From: Rhynchobatus australiae
Lineage: Eukaryota
Assembly (NCBI GenBank): GCA_034780895.1
Contig: JAUZTB010000064.1
Span: 83,934,300-83,998,299, forward strand
Length of the DNA: 64,000 bases
Reading direction: 5' to 3'
Shown: piece after piece, positions 36,860-51,229 of the stretch
Layout of the letters: the number at the start of each line of letters is the position of its first letter
Position numbering within the stretch: the first letter of the stretch is position 1
Program-made: the position numbers and the translations under genes
Notes under the pieces: generated by a model
What the model was told of the DNA's origin: nothing
Seen by the model: only the letters and a program-made list of their open reading frames with translations
The model's database searches: none

Positions 36860-38850
36860 ATGTATCCACAAAAACATCATACAAACATCAGCCAGTTATG
36901 TGTATTCCCTTCGTTCCATGTGTCTTTAGTTGTCCTGATAATCCTCGGCAGTTCTCCTGCAGTGGTGGCAAATGGCTGGTGGAAGATTGCTGGAGGAATG
37001 ACCTTGAGCAGCTCTGAGTCATAAAGGCCCAGCTTCAGATTGCACCACCTCACCAACAGTGGCAGCAATCTGGGCTGTTTAGATGACAGCCATCAGTAGA
37101 GACATAGGCAGGGTGACAGTTGTGAGATCTCAAAAACTATTGTCTTGAAATCCTTGCTCCATGGAGCCATGTTCAGTCATTCTGATTGGTGTTTGATTAG
37201 TCCTGATGAGGATTTGAGGACCAATTGCTGGAATATGTGACAACCTCAAAGATGTTTGAGCACTGGTTCAAAGCTGGAGCTACAAACTGTCAATGCATGA
37301 GAGCAGTGACTTTGCATTATATTCATCTGATCTTCCAATGCAAGCACACAGATGTTGGGTGGCTTTTTCTGCTGCAGTGGAAGCTGAGACATCAGCCACC
37401 AGATGCTGTGTGATGGTTGAGTCCACAAGGGTTAACATGAAGCCATCACTTCCACACTGGAAAGGCTATGTTCCAAGCTCTGTGCAAAGTCCTGTCATGG
37501 CTGAGGCTCGACTCCCTCATTCTTCTTGATTTTATGTGTTTGCTTGTTGGCAATCCTGCCAATTCATCAAGCATTTCATTATGCATACATTCAGCCTTCA
37601 GTAGGCTCCCCCCATCAAGGTCCTCATCCAAATCATGTTTTCCAGTGAGTTGGTATCGAGGTGACCCTTTCCTTCTGTCCAGCTGCTAGCCGCTCTTTCC
37701 TGATGCAGAGTCTCCCTCTAATGTATCCTCAGTGTCTCAGCAAGTGGTCAATTCAGTTTGAGTGATTTTTCTCTCCTGCAGTTGATTAGTCACCCAGACA
37801 GTTTGCAGTTCTTGGCTATTCGAATAAATAAGTCATAGGGTCAGATTACGGTAAAGTGGTGGAGATGGAGGGCTGCTGAGAGGATTGGGGGATGGTTGCT
37901 NNNNNNNGTGGGGGTGTGATTGGGAGACGCATGCTGATATCATCTGCATCTTGTAATCAGTAGATTATACAATGAGGAAAAAGTGGAATGCGAAATCAAG
38001 GATTAGGTTTGATTACATTGCCATTTTAAATGGGCTCAGTAATTCATTTTCCAAAAGTGAGCCAACACCCTCTCCCCTGAGGAAGTAAAAAGAAATTCGC
38101 CGCTACACACATCGCACCACCAGTTTGTTGCCACCAATTCTGTGCCATTTTGTCCTGAGAGGGAGAGGGAACAGTCAGGACTAAAAATCTGCCAGTGTTT
38201 TCAAGCTGTGGGATGTGGGAATGAGGCTTGAAGTAATGATAAGATTGGATGGATTTGGCAAGAGATATGAGGTCTGAGTCCTGATTGATAGAGGTTGTTG
38301 GTAGGAGAGTGATCATGGATACAATGCATTGCACAGTGTCTGAGCCCACTCAAGAACCGAGTGGGATCTGGCATTGAAAGATGTATATTGGTCTTAATAA
38401 TGTATATAGTGCCTCTGAACTTGTGGGTCACTGCATTGGGTCTTGGGGCTCCATTCCCCTCATTGAACTTGATTGCCATCACTTTATCATTTAGCATTTG
38501 TTTGGGGAGAAGAGCGGTTTCTGAGGTCTCAGGACATATAATGTTTCTCCTCCTGTCTACCTCATTGGCCAAGCCTTCCAATGTTTACTGGGAAAGTTCT
38601 GGGCAATATTACTCGCTTATATTTGCTATGGCCTCCAGCAAGCTGCAAAGCCCTCTGGACTGTCTTCTACCACCTATTGATGTCATAATGTATCTCCCCT
38701 TCAGGGCACTGGGTCTACTCAATGAGGCACCAGCCTGAATTAGCACCTCATGAAATTGAGCCTTGTGGTGATGTGCTGAGACACTGGCTGGTCACTGAAA
38801 CCATGTTAATGGTTAAGCAGCCTCAATTTTGTGTGCAACCCGCAGAGGGT
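36860..38850 (-). mobile_element. Highly degenerate non-LTR retrotransposon sequence (endonuclease- and RT-like pieces; clade unresolved, possibly two elements)
   Basis: Minus strand has GAPRPNAVT (APGPDG-like) and QDSDLISL (YRPISL-like) near 38250-38450, and an eroded DFN.HH..WL-like segment near 37400. Confidence 0.4.
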
Positions 38851-40489
38851 CAAATGGCTGTGGGTTCAGTGACGATCATAATCCCAGCCAGGAAAATTTT
38901 AATACCACAATTCAGTATGACAGAATTTAGATTATGACCTTACTAAAACAGCAAAAGAATGTTGAAAACTTGAATTTCCAGCAAAGTTCTGAAAAGACAG
39001 TTCATGGGTGTCAATGCAAGGGCATCTGGGAAAATAAGATGAATACACCATATTAGCAGGAACACAGAAAATGAGATCAGTCCTTGAGCAAATATGAACA
39101 GGGAGAAGACTAAGTTGTTATCAAGGAATGATCTTTACTGCAAAATCTGTATGAACGGATGTATTAGAAAGGCCAGAGATGAGAGAAGACATGTTCCATT
39201 ACCCAAACATGGAGGAGCTCTTGCTTGCTATGTGTCTATAGTGACTGGTTCACTAATGGGACGAAATACTTAGAACAGTGATGGACAGAGAGAACTGTCC
39301 AACCCCTCAGAAAAAGTGTTTAACTGGTGCATGAGGGGTAAATAGAACAAGGAAAATTCTTCGGAGCACAGCCCATGCTTGCCTTGGCATAACACTTTGA
39401 TTAGCTTAGGAAGGTGATCATGAAGAAGAAAGCTACTGTAAACTGCCAAGACAGAGTTGCCTGTTGCTTGTTAAACATCTCATACCATCTGTTATGGGTT
39501 GTATGTCTCTTATGCAATTGTAACGTTGCCTTCTCTGAGATAGTAAACTGCACTGTTCCGCAGCCCTGCTCAGATAATCTCCATCAAGTTAAAAGCTTCC
39601 ACACCGTGCTTTTTCTGGTGGTATCCAAGAAAAAGCGCCTTGCTTTTTAAATATTCATTTTGCTTCTACTTTACAACAGAGCTGTCATTTAGAACAAATA
39701 GCTCTTGTATTGCATATTGCTCTGTGCAATACTAATTCTATTTTATGCTTTGCTGGATTACTGTTTTGAGATATAAGATACTATATATCTCCTTTCAAGC
39801 CTAACAAGGTCAATTCAGGTGCAATCAAGTAAGGGGATAACCAGTGCTACATCACCGACGATATGATATTAATCCATTTGATGAGCATGCATTGCAAAAG
39901 CAAACCAAAAAATAATATTGGTGAGACTGACTCACACTATTCAATATTTTAACATAAAGCTAAGCGCTAGCCCTGTATAGAATAGATGTTATAATATTAT
40001 CTTGTAATATACAAGTAATATTATTCCAATTCCTGTCATTGGCTGCATCAGCCAAATACTCCCTTCTAAAAGCCATTATTTTCACAAGATTTATGCCTTG
40101 TAATGCAAAAATAAACACAAGTCCCAACATGAAGTGAGACTGTCACACATGAAATCTCTTCACACAGGAACAAGGGAACTACAAGTGTGCAAAGATCTGC
40201 AAATGCACACCACTTTTGGGGCTTCAGGGCATATACCTTTGGCAGGCATGCTGAAGGCTTCTGAAAATAAGATTTTCAGTACAGAATGCTGATGCATGGA
40301 CAACATTCCAAAATTTCTGACTGAATGTCTAAGAAGCAACTAGTTGGCTGTTATGTTGCTAAATAAATTTATATACAGCTAACAGCTTAACAAGCCATAG
40401 CAAAACCATCAACAGCGCTGTCTTAAGTATTGAACTAAATGGTCAGCATTGAATAAGATTTAGACTGTTACAATTGACCATTATTTTTA

Positions 40490-41060
40490 AATGGTGAAGT
40501 CAAAAACAGAGATCCAAACAGACTTGGGAGCCAATGTGCATTGATTATTAAAATGTCACAGAGAGGATTAGGAATATTTAAAAATTGAAAGGGATGCTGG
40601 GCTCTGTGGTGGGAGATCTGGAAAAAGTGGATAGAGGTTGTTCTACATCTTCAGCTTCATGAATAGACTCTGAGATTGTTCTGCTTAGAGGACAGGTTTC
40701 CAGGAAAAGTGGTAGAAGTGTTTATCAAGAGTCCAGATCAAGTGAATAGACAGGAACTGTTTCCATTGATGTGAAGTCAAGCACCACAGGACACAGATTT
40801 AAGGTGATTGGCAAAGTAAATAAAGGCAACATGAGAAATAACATCACAGAGCAAGTAGTCATAAATTGGAATTCACTGCCTGAAAGGACAGTGGAAACAG
40901 ATTCAACTGTTGCTTTCATAAAGAGAAATAATAAATGGGTGGGAGATAAAACTGCAAGGCCATGGGAGTGCGCCAGGGAATGAGAATGGCTGGATTACTC
41001 TTGCAGAGATCCAGTGGAGCTCAATGGGACAAATGGTCTCCCTTCCATGCTGTAATGCTT
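40490..41060 (+). mobile_element. CR1 LINE 3' end
   Basis: TTGHRFKVIGKVNKGNMRNN..QVVINWNSLPERTVE plus tail tgggacaaatggtctcccttccatgctgtaa. Confidence 0.85.
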
Positions 41061-41879
41061 TGATAATTATAGTTATATCTAGCACCTGAAGTACTTTGAG
41101 CAGTTAAATACCACAGATTAGTAAGGATGTATTGGCTATGGAGGGCACATGGTATAAATTTTCCAGAGTTNNNNNNNNNNNNNNNNNNNNNNNNNNNNNN
41201 NNNNNNNNNNNNNNNNNNNNNNNNNNNNNNNNNNNNNNNNNNNNNNNNNNNNNNNNNNNNNNNNNNNNNNNNNNNNNNNNNNNNNNNNNNNNNNNNNNNN
41301 NNNNNNNNNNNNNNNNNNNNNNNNNNNNNNNNNNNNNNNNNNNNNNNNNNNNNNNNNNNNNNNNNNNNNNNNNNNNNNNNNNNNNNNNNNNNNNNNNNNN
41401 NNNNNNNNNNNNNNNNNNNNNNNNNNNNNNNNNNNNNNNNNNNNNNNNNNNNNNNNNNNNNNNNNNNNNNNNNNNNNNNNNNNNNNNNNNNNNNNNNNNN
41501 NNNNNNNNNNNNNNNNNNNNNNNNNNNNNNNNNNNNNNNNNNNNNNNNNNNNNNNNNNNNNNNNNNNNNNNNNNNNNNNNNNNNNNNNNNNNNNNNNNNN
41601 NNNNNNNNNNNNNNNNNNNNNNNNNNNNNNNNNNNNNNNNNNNNNNNNNNNNNNNNNNNNNNNNNNNNNNNNNNNNNNNNNNNNNNNNNNNNNNNNNNNN
41701 NNNNNNNNNNNNNNNNNNNNNNNNNNNNNNNNNNNNNNNNNNNNNNNNNNNNNNNNNNNNNNNNNNNNNNNNNNAACAGGACTGAAGGACTAAATAATCT
41801 ACTCATGTTTCATATTTCTATGTTTTAATGAGTGTCACAAAATAGTGATTAATATAAATCGAATATTGAAGAGTCCCTG

Positions 41880-42560
41880 AAAAGCAGAAACATGGCAGAC
41901 GCTGGAAATCAGAAATAGGAAAAACAAAGGATATACAGCAGGTCAGACATCATTTGTGATGAGAAACAGAGCTTATGTCGATGACCTTCCTTCACAGCTT
42001 GAAAACGTCATGAAATAAGTATGTTTTTAAGTTGCAGTAAAGGGGGAGAGGTGGAGAGGACAAACGGAATGTCTATGGTAGGGTGAAGAGCAAGAAAGGC
42101 TGAATGAGATAAATAGTGGTGGTGCCAGTTGAGAGAGGATGGTGAGGGCTAGTTAATTGAACCTGATCTGTCTGGGGACAATGTAGGTAAAAAGATGCAA
42201 ACAAAAACAGAGGAGAGAGTGAAAATACACTGTAAATGCACGATGCAAAACACTGCAGATGCTGGAAGCCTGACATAGAACGGAGAATGCAAGATATAGT
42301 CAGCAGATCAGGCATCATTCATGGAGAGAGAAAAACAGGGCCAACGTGATAGGCTGATGACCTTTCATCAGGAGTGGCCAGTTCTGTAACAACCTGAAAA
42401 GGCTGGTTACCTGATATGGTTGAAATTAATGTTAAGTCCTGAGTTGAGTCAGTAGTTGAGTCACTGCCCCTCAAGCTCACATTGGATGTTGTTCAAACAG
42501 CGTATGAGGTTAAAGGAAGAGAGGTCAGAGAGGGTGGAGAATTAATTAATGCAACAGGCA
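41880..42560 (-). mobile_element. Two tandem Penelope-like terminal repeats plus ORF end
   Basis: Antisense tails at ~41895-41990 and ~42245-42372 (tcctgatgaaaggtcatc on minus). ORF end SGLNINFNHIR* lies at ~42407-42443. Confidence 0.7.
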
Positions 42561-42599
42561 TCTGCTATTGATGAACCCTTCCAGCATAGTTTAAGCTTC

Positions 42600-43465
42600 G
42601 GCAAGTCAGAGTCAAATAAATAACACCCCTTGGCTTTATAAATGAAAAAATAAAAGCACCAAAGCAAAGAAGCCATGGTAAAACTTTATAACTCATTGGT
42701 TAGGCCTTAGCAATATCCAGTTGTGAATGTTGACAGTTGGCAGATCAGATTTATTAGAATGATAACAAGACTTTTGTAGTTGACCATGAAATATGAGCAT
42801 TATTGGGTAGGTCAGCATTTATTTCCCATCTCTAAATGTCACAGAACTGAGGTAACCACTTCAGAGGGCAACTCAGAGTTCACGACTATTGTTGAATCCA
42901 GCTTTTCAATGTCTAGATTTANNNNNNNNNNNNNNNNNNNNNNNNNNNNNNNNNNNNNNNNNNNNNNNNNNNNNNNNNNNNNNNNNNNNNNNNNNNNNNN
43001 NGGATGCTAATTCAGTGATTTAGTGACCATGCCCCTATTGGTGGAGAGACTAGAGAAGCTGTGTTTGTTCTCCTTAATATAGAAATTCAATTGAAATTCA
43101 ATTTTTTAAGACTTAATTGAGGTTCAGATAATTGTAATTTTTGTTAAGAAAAAACAAGGAGTGAATGCCTGTTTCCTAAATAAGTCAGATACAAACCCAG
43201 CATCCTTCAACCATGACTGCAAGGGCATTAAGCTTGTTTGTATTTGACAACTAGTTAGGATCATAAGTGCCCTGCCTGAAATGATGAAGACAGATTCAAC
43301 AGCAATTCCCAAAAAGGAACTTGATATATATTTATTGGAAAAGAATATCAGGGCTACATGGAAAGGAGAGGGAATGTGGATATGATTGAATTCCTCTTTC
43401 AAAGAATCAGTATGGGCATGATAGGTCAAATGGTCTCTTTCTCTGGAGTTGGATTCTGTGATTCC
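42600..43465 (+). mobile_element. CR1 LINE 3' part, with an antisense SINE inserted at ~42825-43035
   Basis: gccatggtaaaactttataactcattggttaggcc, ggagagactagagaagctg and tail ggtcaaatggtctctttctct. The insert ccacttcagagggcaactcagagt is antisense to the second SINE family. Confidence 0.7.
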
Positions 43466-44079
43466 AAGAGCAAGCTCTAGATATTACCCCTGAGCAAGAT
43501 ATTTATTAGTTGAAACCTCAATCCAAAACTTCAGCTGAGCAAAAAAATTCTGTCAGGCCTTGGCAGACTTATGGTGTTAAATATTCACCAGTTATGAAAT
43601 GGTATTTGCATAAAGTAGCTGGCATATGATGCCTTTGTGCTTGGTTGGCCCTTTCCCCACTCTGGCTACAATTGTGCAACTGAGCTGAGAAGTTGTGCAT
43701 TGAATTTTGTAGCATCACTGCTCATATGCTGTCATTGTGGTGTCGTGTTCCAAGATTTGATAAATTGTAAAACTCTGGTGAGAAAAGGCTGGCCAGGAGT
43801 AAACTATTGCCACTGTTGTATTCTATTGCTGCAATATCTTCCCAGTTGAAGTACAACAATGTGAACAATGTCAACAACAATTCTACTCATGTAATCTAGG
43901 ATTTATTAACAAATATAAAGTGCAAGAAAGACTGAATGGAATAAATTACCCCAGTGTTCAATGTTGAATGTGGCATCAGAGAAAGTTAAAAGAGGAGACA
44001 AGTGATGTTGAGGTTCTTTATTTCACGTTCTGGATTCTAGCATGTAGCAGTTTCAAAGCACATTTTTAATTTAATAAGG

Positions 44080-44322
44080 TTTTGCTGCACCTTTCTCAAT
44101 TGACAATTAAGGGGGAAACGTATTTGATGAATCAGTGTATGTTTCTATTAGCAAAATCATGCATTAGAAGAATTTGGAGGGGAACAAGGTGGAATGGACT
44201 GCATGAATGCAAAACCCAGAGGAGAAAAAGCCACAAAAGTCTGGATGATCTTCCAAAGAGAGAGCTGCTTCCATTAAAACCACCATGACATTGAAAGGCT
44301 AANNNNNNNNNNNNNNNNNNNN
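44080..44322 (+). mobile_element. Degenerate CR1 fragment
   Basis: atgaatcagtgtatgtttctattagcaaaatcatgc resembles the CR1 QHGF..GKSC segment. Confidence 0.4.
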
Positions 44323-46449
44323 NNNNNNNNNNNNNNNNNNNNNNNNNNNNNNNNNNNNNNNNNNNNNNNNNNNNNNNNNNNNNNNNNNNNNNNNNNNNNN
44401 NNGGCTAACTCCCAGAGGCAGGTAGTCGACTGTGGATGAAAACGAATGATAAAAATACAAAATGACCTTACATTATTTCATGGTTAATAAATGATTCATG
44501 TCTTCTATAAACTGCTTAAAGGAATATGTGTTTTAGAAATAGAGATTAGATTCTAGAAATTGGAAAATTATATTGCATCCAGTATGGAAAAGTGAGTGTG
44601 GACCACTTACGGGCAGAATCACACTGCTTTGGAAATTCAATCACTCTAATAGTGCATTGCCTGGGATATTACTGCATGTTGTTCTGAGGAGTGCCTCTCC
44701 TTAATTATTCCAGGAACAACCAGGGTCTAATAATGTTATTCTAATGCAGGACCCATTGCCTACACTGCCATCTCTTAAATTAGTTCCATTACTCACCTGC
44801 TCCCCCCAGGCTGCTCCAGATGATAATAACCTTCTGACCATCCAGGTCCAAACATTTAATGCACTGAACTTCCCAAACCCAATTCCCCCAATTTCCCGAC
44901 CACTCAAAGTCTTGATCAGTCAGACTGCCCAATAGCCCTGATACCTCAGCTCCCCATTTCCCCAAATTTTCCAGTTGAGTTCCAGATAACCAACTACATC
45001 CCCATCCAAAAAGGTGCAAGTCTCTAACCAGCCAACAAAACCCATTGGCCCCCACCAACTGTTGGCTGACTCTCATCCTAATCTCTCAGGCCCTGCCCTG
45101 CAGTGTAAGAAAGAACATGTGCAAAGGTTGAAATGGTCATCAGTTCATCAAGCAAAACCTGTTATGCACTCCCTTCAGGGCCCATGTTACTTTCTAGGCT
45201 GTGGCTATTACATTGATTGCTAAATGTTGGAAAATGGTAATCAGTAAGTCAGGAATTGGAATCGCAATTACAGAATTTATGTATGATACTAAACACCAAC
45301 AAAGGTCCAAAGGTCTGTTCTGTCCTCTAAATATTTTGTTATACTTTGGTAGTCAATCTCACTGCAATGTTTCAATATTAATTGAATAAAAGTGTTAGAA
45401 TTAAAACAAGATTTCTCAAAGCAACAGATGTGCTCGACATTGCAGGGATATACAAATGTATGAAATTAATTTTTTTTTGATCAGCTGTTACAAAGAACTG
45501 CCTGAATTGCTTCAAGAGGTCCCATCAGCCAATTAACATTCAATGAGGCTTCAGTCACAGAGACCATAATCCTAACAGACCACTTCAGAGGATTCGGAGA
45601 GCTCCGAGCTTGCTGAGCTCTGACCACTGTAGTGAGTGGATTTGTTATGAGTTCCACTAATTCATCAACCATGCTCTGTCAGATATATTTTCATCTCAGT
45701 GCACAGCTGGAATATTAAATTTCCACATGGCATTAATATCCTGAAGAGCCTGACGTGCTTGTCAATTCTATCCTCCTCCGCACACAGGATGCGTGGCCAG
45801 GGTGATGAAGGGCCAACAACCACCTAATGTAGCTGATGTGTTGCTACATCTGTTTTTTTGGAGTCTGTGGAGATGATTCTGCCAGTATGCACTGCCAAGG
45901 ATACCTGGTTGACAGTTCTGCAATATGAAACTTCAGGCACAACACACATCATACAAGGTTTAAATGTAATTCAGTTCACAACAAGACTTTAAACCTTAGT
46001 TAGTATTTACTGACAACCTCCCATGCTGAGAACATCAGTCCTCAAGACTTATCTGAACATTGCAAAGACAGTGTTGTTAAGGTGTTCTGCAAAATCTTGG
46101 TATCTGATAATTTTAGCATCTGATAACTGTAGGTTTGCAATCTAGAGGTGAAACTGCAAGGGGATCACATACACCATAGAAAATCTAAACTTGGAAATTG
46201 TGCTCCTTTTCCTTACTATTATTGTCTGCTTTGTTAAACAACTTTGTGTATTTGGTTTTCCAAGTTCACTCCCAAGAAACGTTCCCTTCCATAAGAAAGC
46301 TCTTCATTACATTAGGGAGATCTGGAAGGAAAAACCATTTGCACAAACTTCCGAAGGGATGTTTTACCTTATTCCTGATCATAAGTGAAAAAACAGTCAA
46401 GCTGAATTTTGGTCTCTACAGTTCTGACTAAAAGACGGTTGTCTACAGT

Positions 46450-47090
46450 CAAAAAAAAATGCAAATGCCAGAAATCTGAAATATAAAAAAATGCTGGAAA
46501 TACTTAGCAGGCCAGGCAGCATCTGGAAAGGGAACCAAAAATCAATGTTCCAGTTCGATAACTTTGTCAGAACTGGGAAAAGTTAGAAACTTAGAATAGC
46601 TTGCAGCGAAAGTGGAAAGGGGAAGAGAACAGCGGACATAAAAGAAAGCTTTGTGATAGAACTGAGACCAGAAAAACAATTGAATTACGCAAGTGATGGT
46701 GGTGCCAGCTGAGAGACGGTGATGTGGGACTGCCTGGAGGATATATAAATAGGAGCACACAAATGAAAGCTGAGAGAAAAATTGAATGCTGAAAATGTGA
46801 GATGCAAGACTGGAATGGCTGATTAACTGAAATTGTTGAATTCAGTGCTGAGTCCTAAAGGCTATAATGTGCCAAGTTAGAAGATGAAGTGTTGTTCCTT
46901 TAGTTATGTTGAGCTTCAATGGAACAGTATTGAAGGCCAAAGGCAGAGCGGGGAGAGTGAAAGATTGATGGAAAACTAAAGTGACAGGCAACTGGAAGCT
47001 CAAGGTCACCCTTGCAGACTGAACGGAGATGTCCTTCTGAGTGGTCACCCTGTCTGCACTTAATTTCTCCAATGTAGAGGAGACCACATC
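46450..47090 (-). mobile_element. Penelope-like element 3' part (GIY-YIG endonuclease plus terminal repeat)
   Basis: Minus strand reads CGLLYIGEIKCRQGDHSEGHLRSVCKGDLELPVACHF...EQHFIF*LGTL*PLGLSTEFNNFS*, followed by the family tail. Confidence 0.88.
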
Positions 47091-48714
47091 ATTAATCTAA
47101 ATTGGAAAAAAATTCAAGTGAAAGGCTGGTTGTGGTCATTGGCATGTGGGTACAACAGATAACTTCATAGGCATAACTTCAGCACTGAGGCCCATGAGCT
47201 TTGCCTGTGCATAAATAGAAAAGTATCCTGGTCTTTCATGATAGCCAATTGCCATGATTCAATAAATCAGAACGGAAAGACAAAATTGCTCCCAAGGAAT
47301 GCTTGTTCACTCTGATCTTCCATGCATGCTTGGTTTGTGTTTGTGAAGCGATTTGCAATGGAAGAGAACATTCCTTGGGAGCCAAATTCAATTCATTTTC
47401 TATAGATTCTTTTGATGAATGTTTAAAATATTAAAGTGCCTGCACGCATTCTTATAATTCTGTTTCATATTAAAATTCTACAGGCAGTTTCCTTGTTGTT
47501 GATGTAACAGAAAACACATGTATTTTGAAAATTCAATCATACGTTCTGCGTTATTATGGGAATCCATTAATCATCCCCAGCCACCTTCATCCTGAAACAC
47601 TGCTTCTAGATTTTTGTGAAACAATGAACAGTGACTGTCTCTGCCATGTTAATTAAATTGTCATTCGGAAAACTGAATAGAAAAATTAAACATGAAATCC
47701 ATATGAGATACTTACTCTGACGTCTTAATGGCAGAAGTCTGAAACTTCACAGAAGAAAGAGAAATCATTCCGGTATTTGAACACTTTCATTCTGTTTCCA
47801 TTACAACGTGGCTCCGACTTCTCCAAATATGAGAGTGGATGACCTGCCAATTTTCTTTTGCCTCTGATAATAGTCTATAAAAGAAGCATCCAAATTCTTC
47901 CTGGAAAGTCATTTGCTGGAATTTTACTTTTCCACTTTAAGAACAAAAGCTCCATTTGAAAAAGTAGCTCACAGAAGGGTGAAGTGCTCCAGCAATAATT
48001 TCAGCAGCATTGGAAGGCCATAGAGTAAAACATAAATTATTCAAAAGTTCATTATTCAAATAACGTTAATGATCTGAACAGAACATTGGTGCTAATAGTG
48101 AGTACTCTGGCAAATCTTGTCAGAATAGTCATTCTCTGATCTGCTTAAGGCTTTTAATCTCACTTAAAACAAGATGAAAATGATTACAAGTCAAAGAAGG
48201 ATTTCATCCCTATTTTTGAATAAGTGGGTTTTCTTAACATGTATGAGACATAGTTCTGAGTCAATTGAAAGTAGAAATAGATACCTTGAAAACTCTCACT
48301 AAAGTCACACTTATCATTTCCACACAAAGTGGATATTCAGATATGAACTAGTTTTTGAGGTCAGAGGGATGGTTATCACTCGCCCTGTTGTGATAGCAAT
48401 TGCTGAGTTTATGAGCAATTCCTTGGCCTGCAGATACTTGAAGCTGTCATTGTTAAGTCTGCTGTGATAGCAATCCCAAGGTTGTACCTTACTCCTCGTA
48501 TTGCTTTGGTACATTCATGTTTTGGCAGGTGCTTTAAAAAGTCCCTTTCTGTTCTGGTGAGAAATCCTGGGAGTGGAAGGGGAAAGCAGGGAGCAAATAC
48601 ATGAGCTTCTAAAGACATTTTCTGCCTTGATAACACAGGTAGCCCACCCCAATCTGATTAAAAAATCCAAATGCAGATCTTAACGTGATTTAATTGTGAT
48701 AATAGCTACTTTAC

Positions 48715-49010
48715 TACAGCCAGGAAGGCGGCTTGGCCCATGTGGTTCATGCCAACTCCCAACAGACCGACCAGTCCCATTCCTCCCACTTTATTTCCCT
48801 GTATTGTCTCCTACTTGCTCATCAAATTTCCATTGATTGCCACTTACATTCAATGAGGGGTAACTTACTGAACCGACCAACATATCTTTGGGATACGTGA
48901 GGAAACCAGAGCACCCAGCAGAATCACAGTAAGAATGGGCAAATTCCACAGGTCAGGATCAAATCCGGATCCCTGGAGATGTAAGGCAGTCAAATTGCTA
49001 CACCACTGTC
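48715..49010 (-). mobile_element. HE1/V-type SINE
   Basis: catatctttgggatacgtgaggaaaccagagcacccagcagaa...caggatcaaatccggatccctggag...ctacaccactgt. Confidence 0.8.
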
Positions 49011-50394
49011 TCACCTACATTTACCAAATATGTAAATATGGACCAGATGTTTTATCATTGTGTGATCAATTGTAAGTTGAGAAGATTTTTACAACCATGT
49101 CTTCAGATATTAGCTTTGAAATTCTTTCTAAGCAAATGAGAACACTTTAATTAATCTTTAGTTACGATATAAACAAATTGATTTACATCAAAATGAAGAT
49201 AAAATGCACCAAGCACATAAAATAATACTTATCAACTTGTAATAGTTTGGTTCTACAAAAAATTGTTAATGTTAACACCGTTGTGACAGTGAGTAATTCA
49301 AATTAAATGAGTAAGATACACATCAATGATTGCATTCCTTATTTCCCCTAGCATTGAGCCTCCTAGAATGAAGTGGGAAAACCATTGTTTAATTAACAAA
49401 GGCAGGAAATTGGCCTATGTTTGGAAGTATACTGGGCAAATTCCTCCTGTTGCACTTGAACCAAAATAGTCACCTAGGTCACATGTGTAAGGGCAAATTG
49501 TGGAGCTGATTATGCATCATAAGTGAACCTCTTTGATTTCATATCCTTGCACCAAATGTTAAGCGTGGTCCCTCATAAGTGCTTTACTCTCCACCTGATA
49601 TTCCTCCAAACAACAGCAATTGGCAGCACACCTTTAACACAGTAAAAGCAGAGTCAGGCAAAATTTGATCCCAATCCAGAGAACTAGTTGACCAAAACTT
49701 AATGAAAGACACCTCCCATCAAGGCATTTGCTTCGGCCAATTTAACCAGTGGAATATCTTTTTATTCACCAACATATCTTTAGTAGCCTGTCCTGCTTAA
49801 ACCGAAGTTTTAGATCAAGTTTCTATAACTGCTTCAAGATTTTATGTACAGAGTTATTATAGTTTGCCATTGTGGATACAATGGCATATGTTTCTGTTTT
49901 AATAATACTGAAAGGCAGCCTATACTGACTGACACAAATGGATATAGTTTCCAGGATTACCTGTAACAAATTAAATAAAGTAGAAGTGCAGCTGATTATC
50001 TGGGAGCTAACTCTCTTATCCTAAGAAGAACAAATCAATCACCCCCAGGCACTGTTGTGCTTAAGAGACATTTAAGTGAGTTATCAGAGGTTCAAGCTGC
50101 AGTTTCTCTTTATGTTGTTCTCATAAAGCAATCTACCACCCATCAAATGTCATAGAGTATTATAAGTGTAAATTCTGAGCATGCATACAGTGAGCTTGTG
50201 TGTGGCATAAACATTTTGCAAATAATCAATGACTGTTGAAATCATAAAAAATGTTTTCTCAAGCATTAAATCATAAAATGAAAAAATCCATGATATAATG
50301 CATTATAAGAAGCTACCAATATTTTTATCATATTGCAAAGTACCACAAAATAATTATGCAGTTTTAACCCTTAACTGTAGCTTCATTTTGCATG

Positions 50395-50510
50395 TACTCT
50401 AACAGTGACTCTGAATGCTATTCACTTCAGGGCACTTTGCACTACACTGGACTTTGTTTATTTTTTTCTAATTGTATTCTTTCTTGTATAATTTATATTT
50501 ATGTTTAAAT
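50395..50510 (+). mobile_element. Rex1-like 3' UTR fragment
   Basis: cactttgcactacactggactttgtttatttttttctaattgtattctttcttgtataattta. Confidence 0.45.
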
Positions 50511-50877
50511 ATAAATTATTGCTGTTGTAATATACCAGAAGGCAGAGCTGCATTCCAGGAATGCTACCTGACTAATAACCCAATGAACTGACCAACAACA
50601 ACAATGTNNNNNNNNNNNNNNNNNNNNNNNNNNNNNNNNNNNNNNNNNNNNNNNNNNNNNNNNNNNNNNNNNNNNNNNNNNNNNNNNNNNNNNNNNNNNN
50701 NNNNNNNAGTGATGGAACAGTAGTGAGGTACTGCACATGTGCAACATCAAGCAATAATCTAAATGATAAATGTGGCAGAATATTTTTTCATGAGCTTATT
50801 AAAAACTTATATACCCAAGAGCACATACTCAAAGGCAATGTAAAACGCAGCTTGATTCAAGTGATAAATATGCGAAT

Positions 50878-51190
50878 GCTGGTGCAGTGGTAAATTCACT
50901 GGACTAATAATCCAGGGGCCTGATCTCGAGACAGAATTCTATTCCTACCTTAACAGCTGGGGAGTTTAAATTCAGATAAGTTAAATAATATGGAACTCAA
51001 AAAAAAGCTGGTGATCATGAAACTGTGGGATTGTCAATATTGTCCTTCAGGGAAGGAAATATGCCAATTAAAAAATCCATTAAAAATCACATTCATTTGT
51101 TTCAGTGACTCCTTTCTGACTGTATGTGATTACTTCACACACGTGGTTGATTCTGAGCTGCTCTGAAACAGCCAAGCAAGCCATTCGGTT
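50878..51190 (+). mobile_element. Second tRNA-headed SINE family
   Basis: ggtgcagtggtaaattcactggactaataatccag...tgtccttcagggaaggaaat...gtggttgattctgagctgctctgaaacagccaagcaagcc. Confidence 0.75.
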
Positions 51191-51229
51191 GTAGGAGATG
51201 GTTCACCAAGCACAGCCAGGGGTGGGCAG

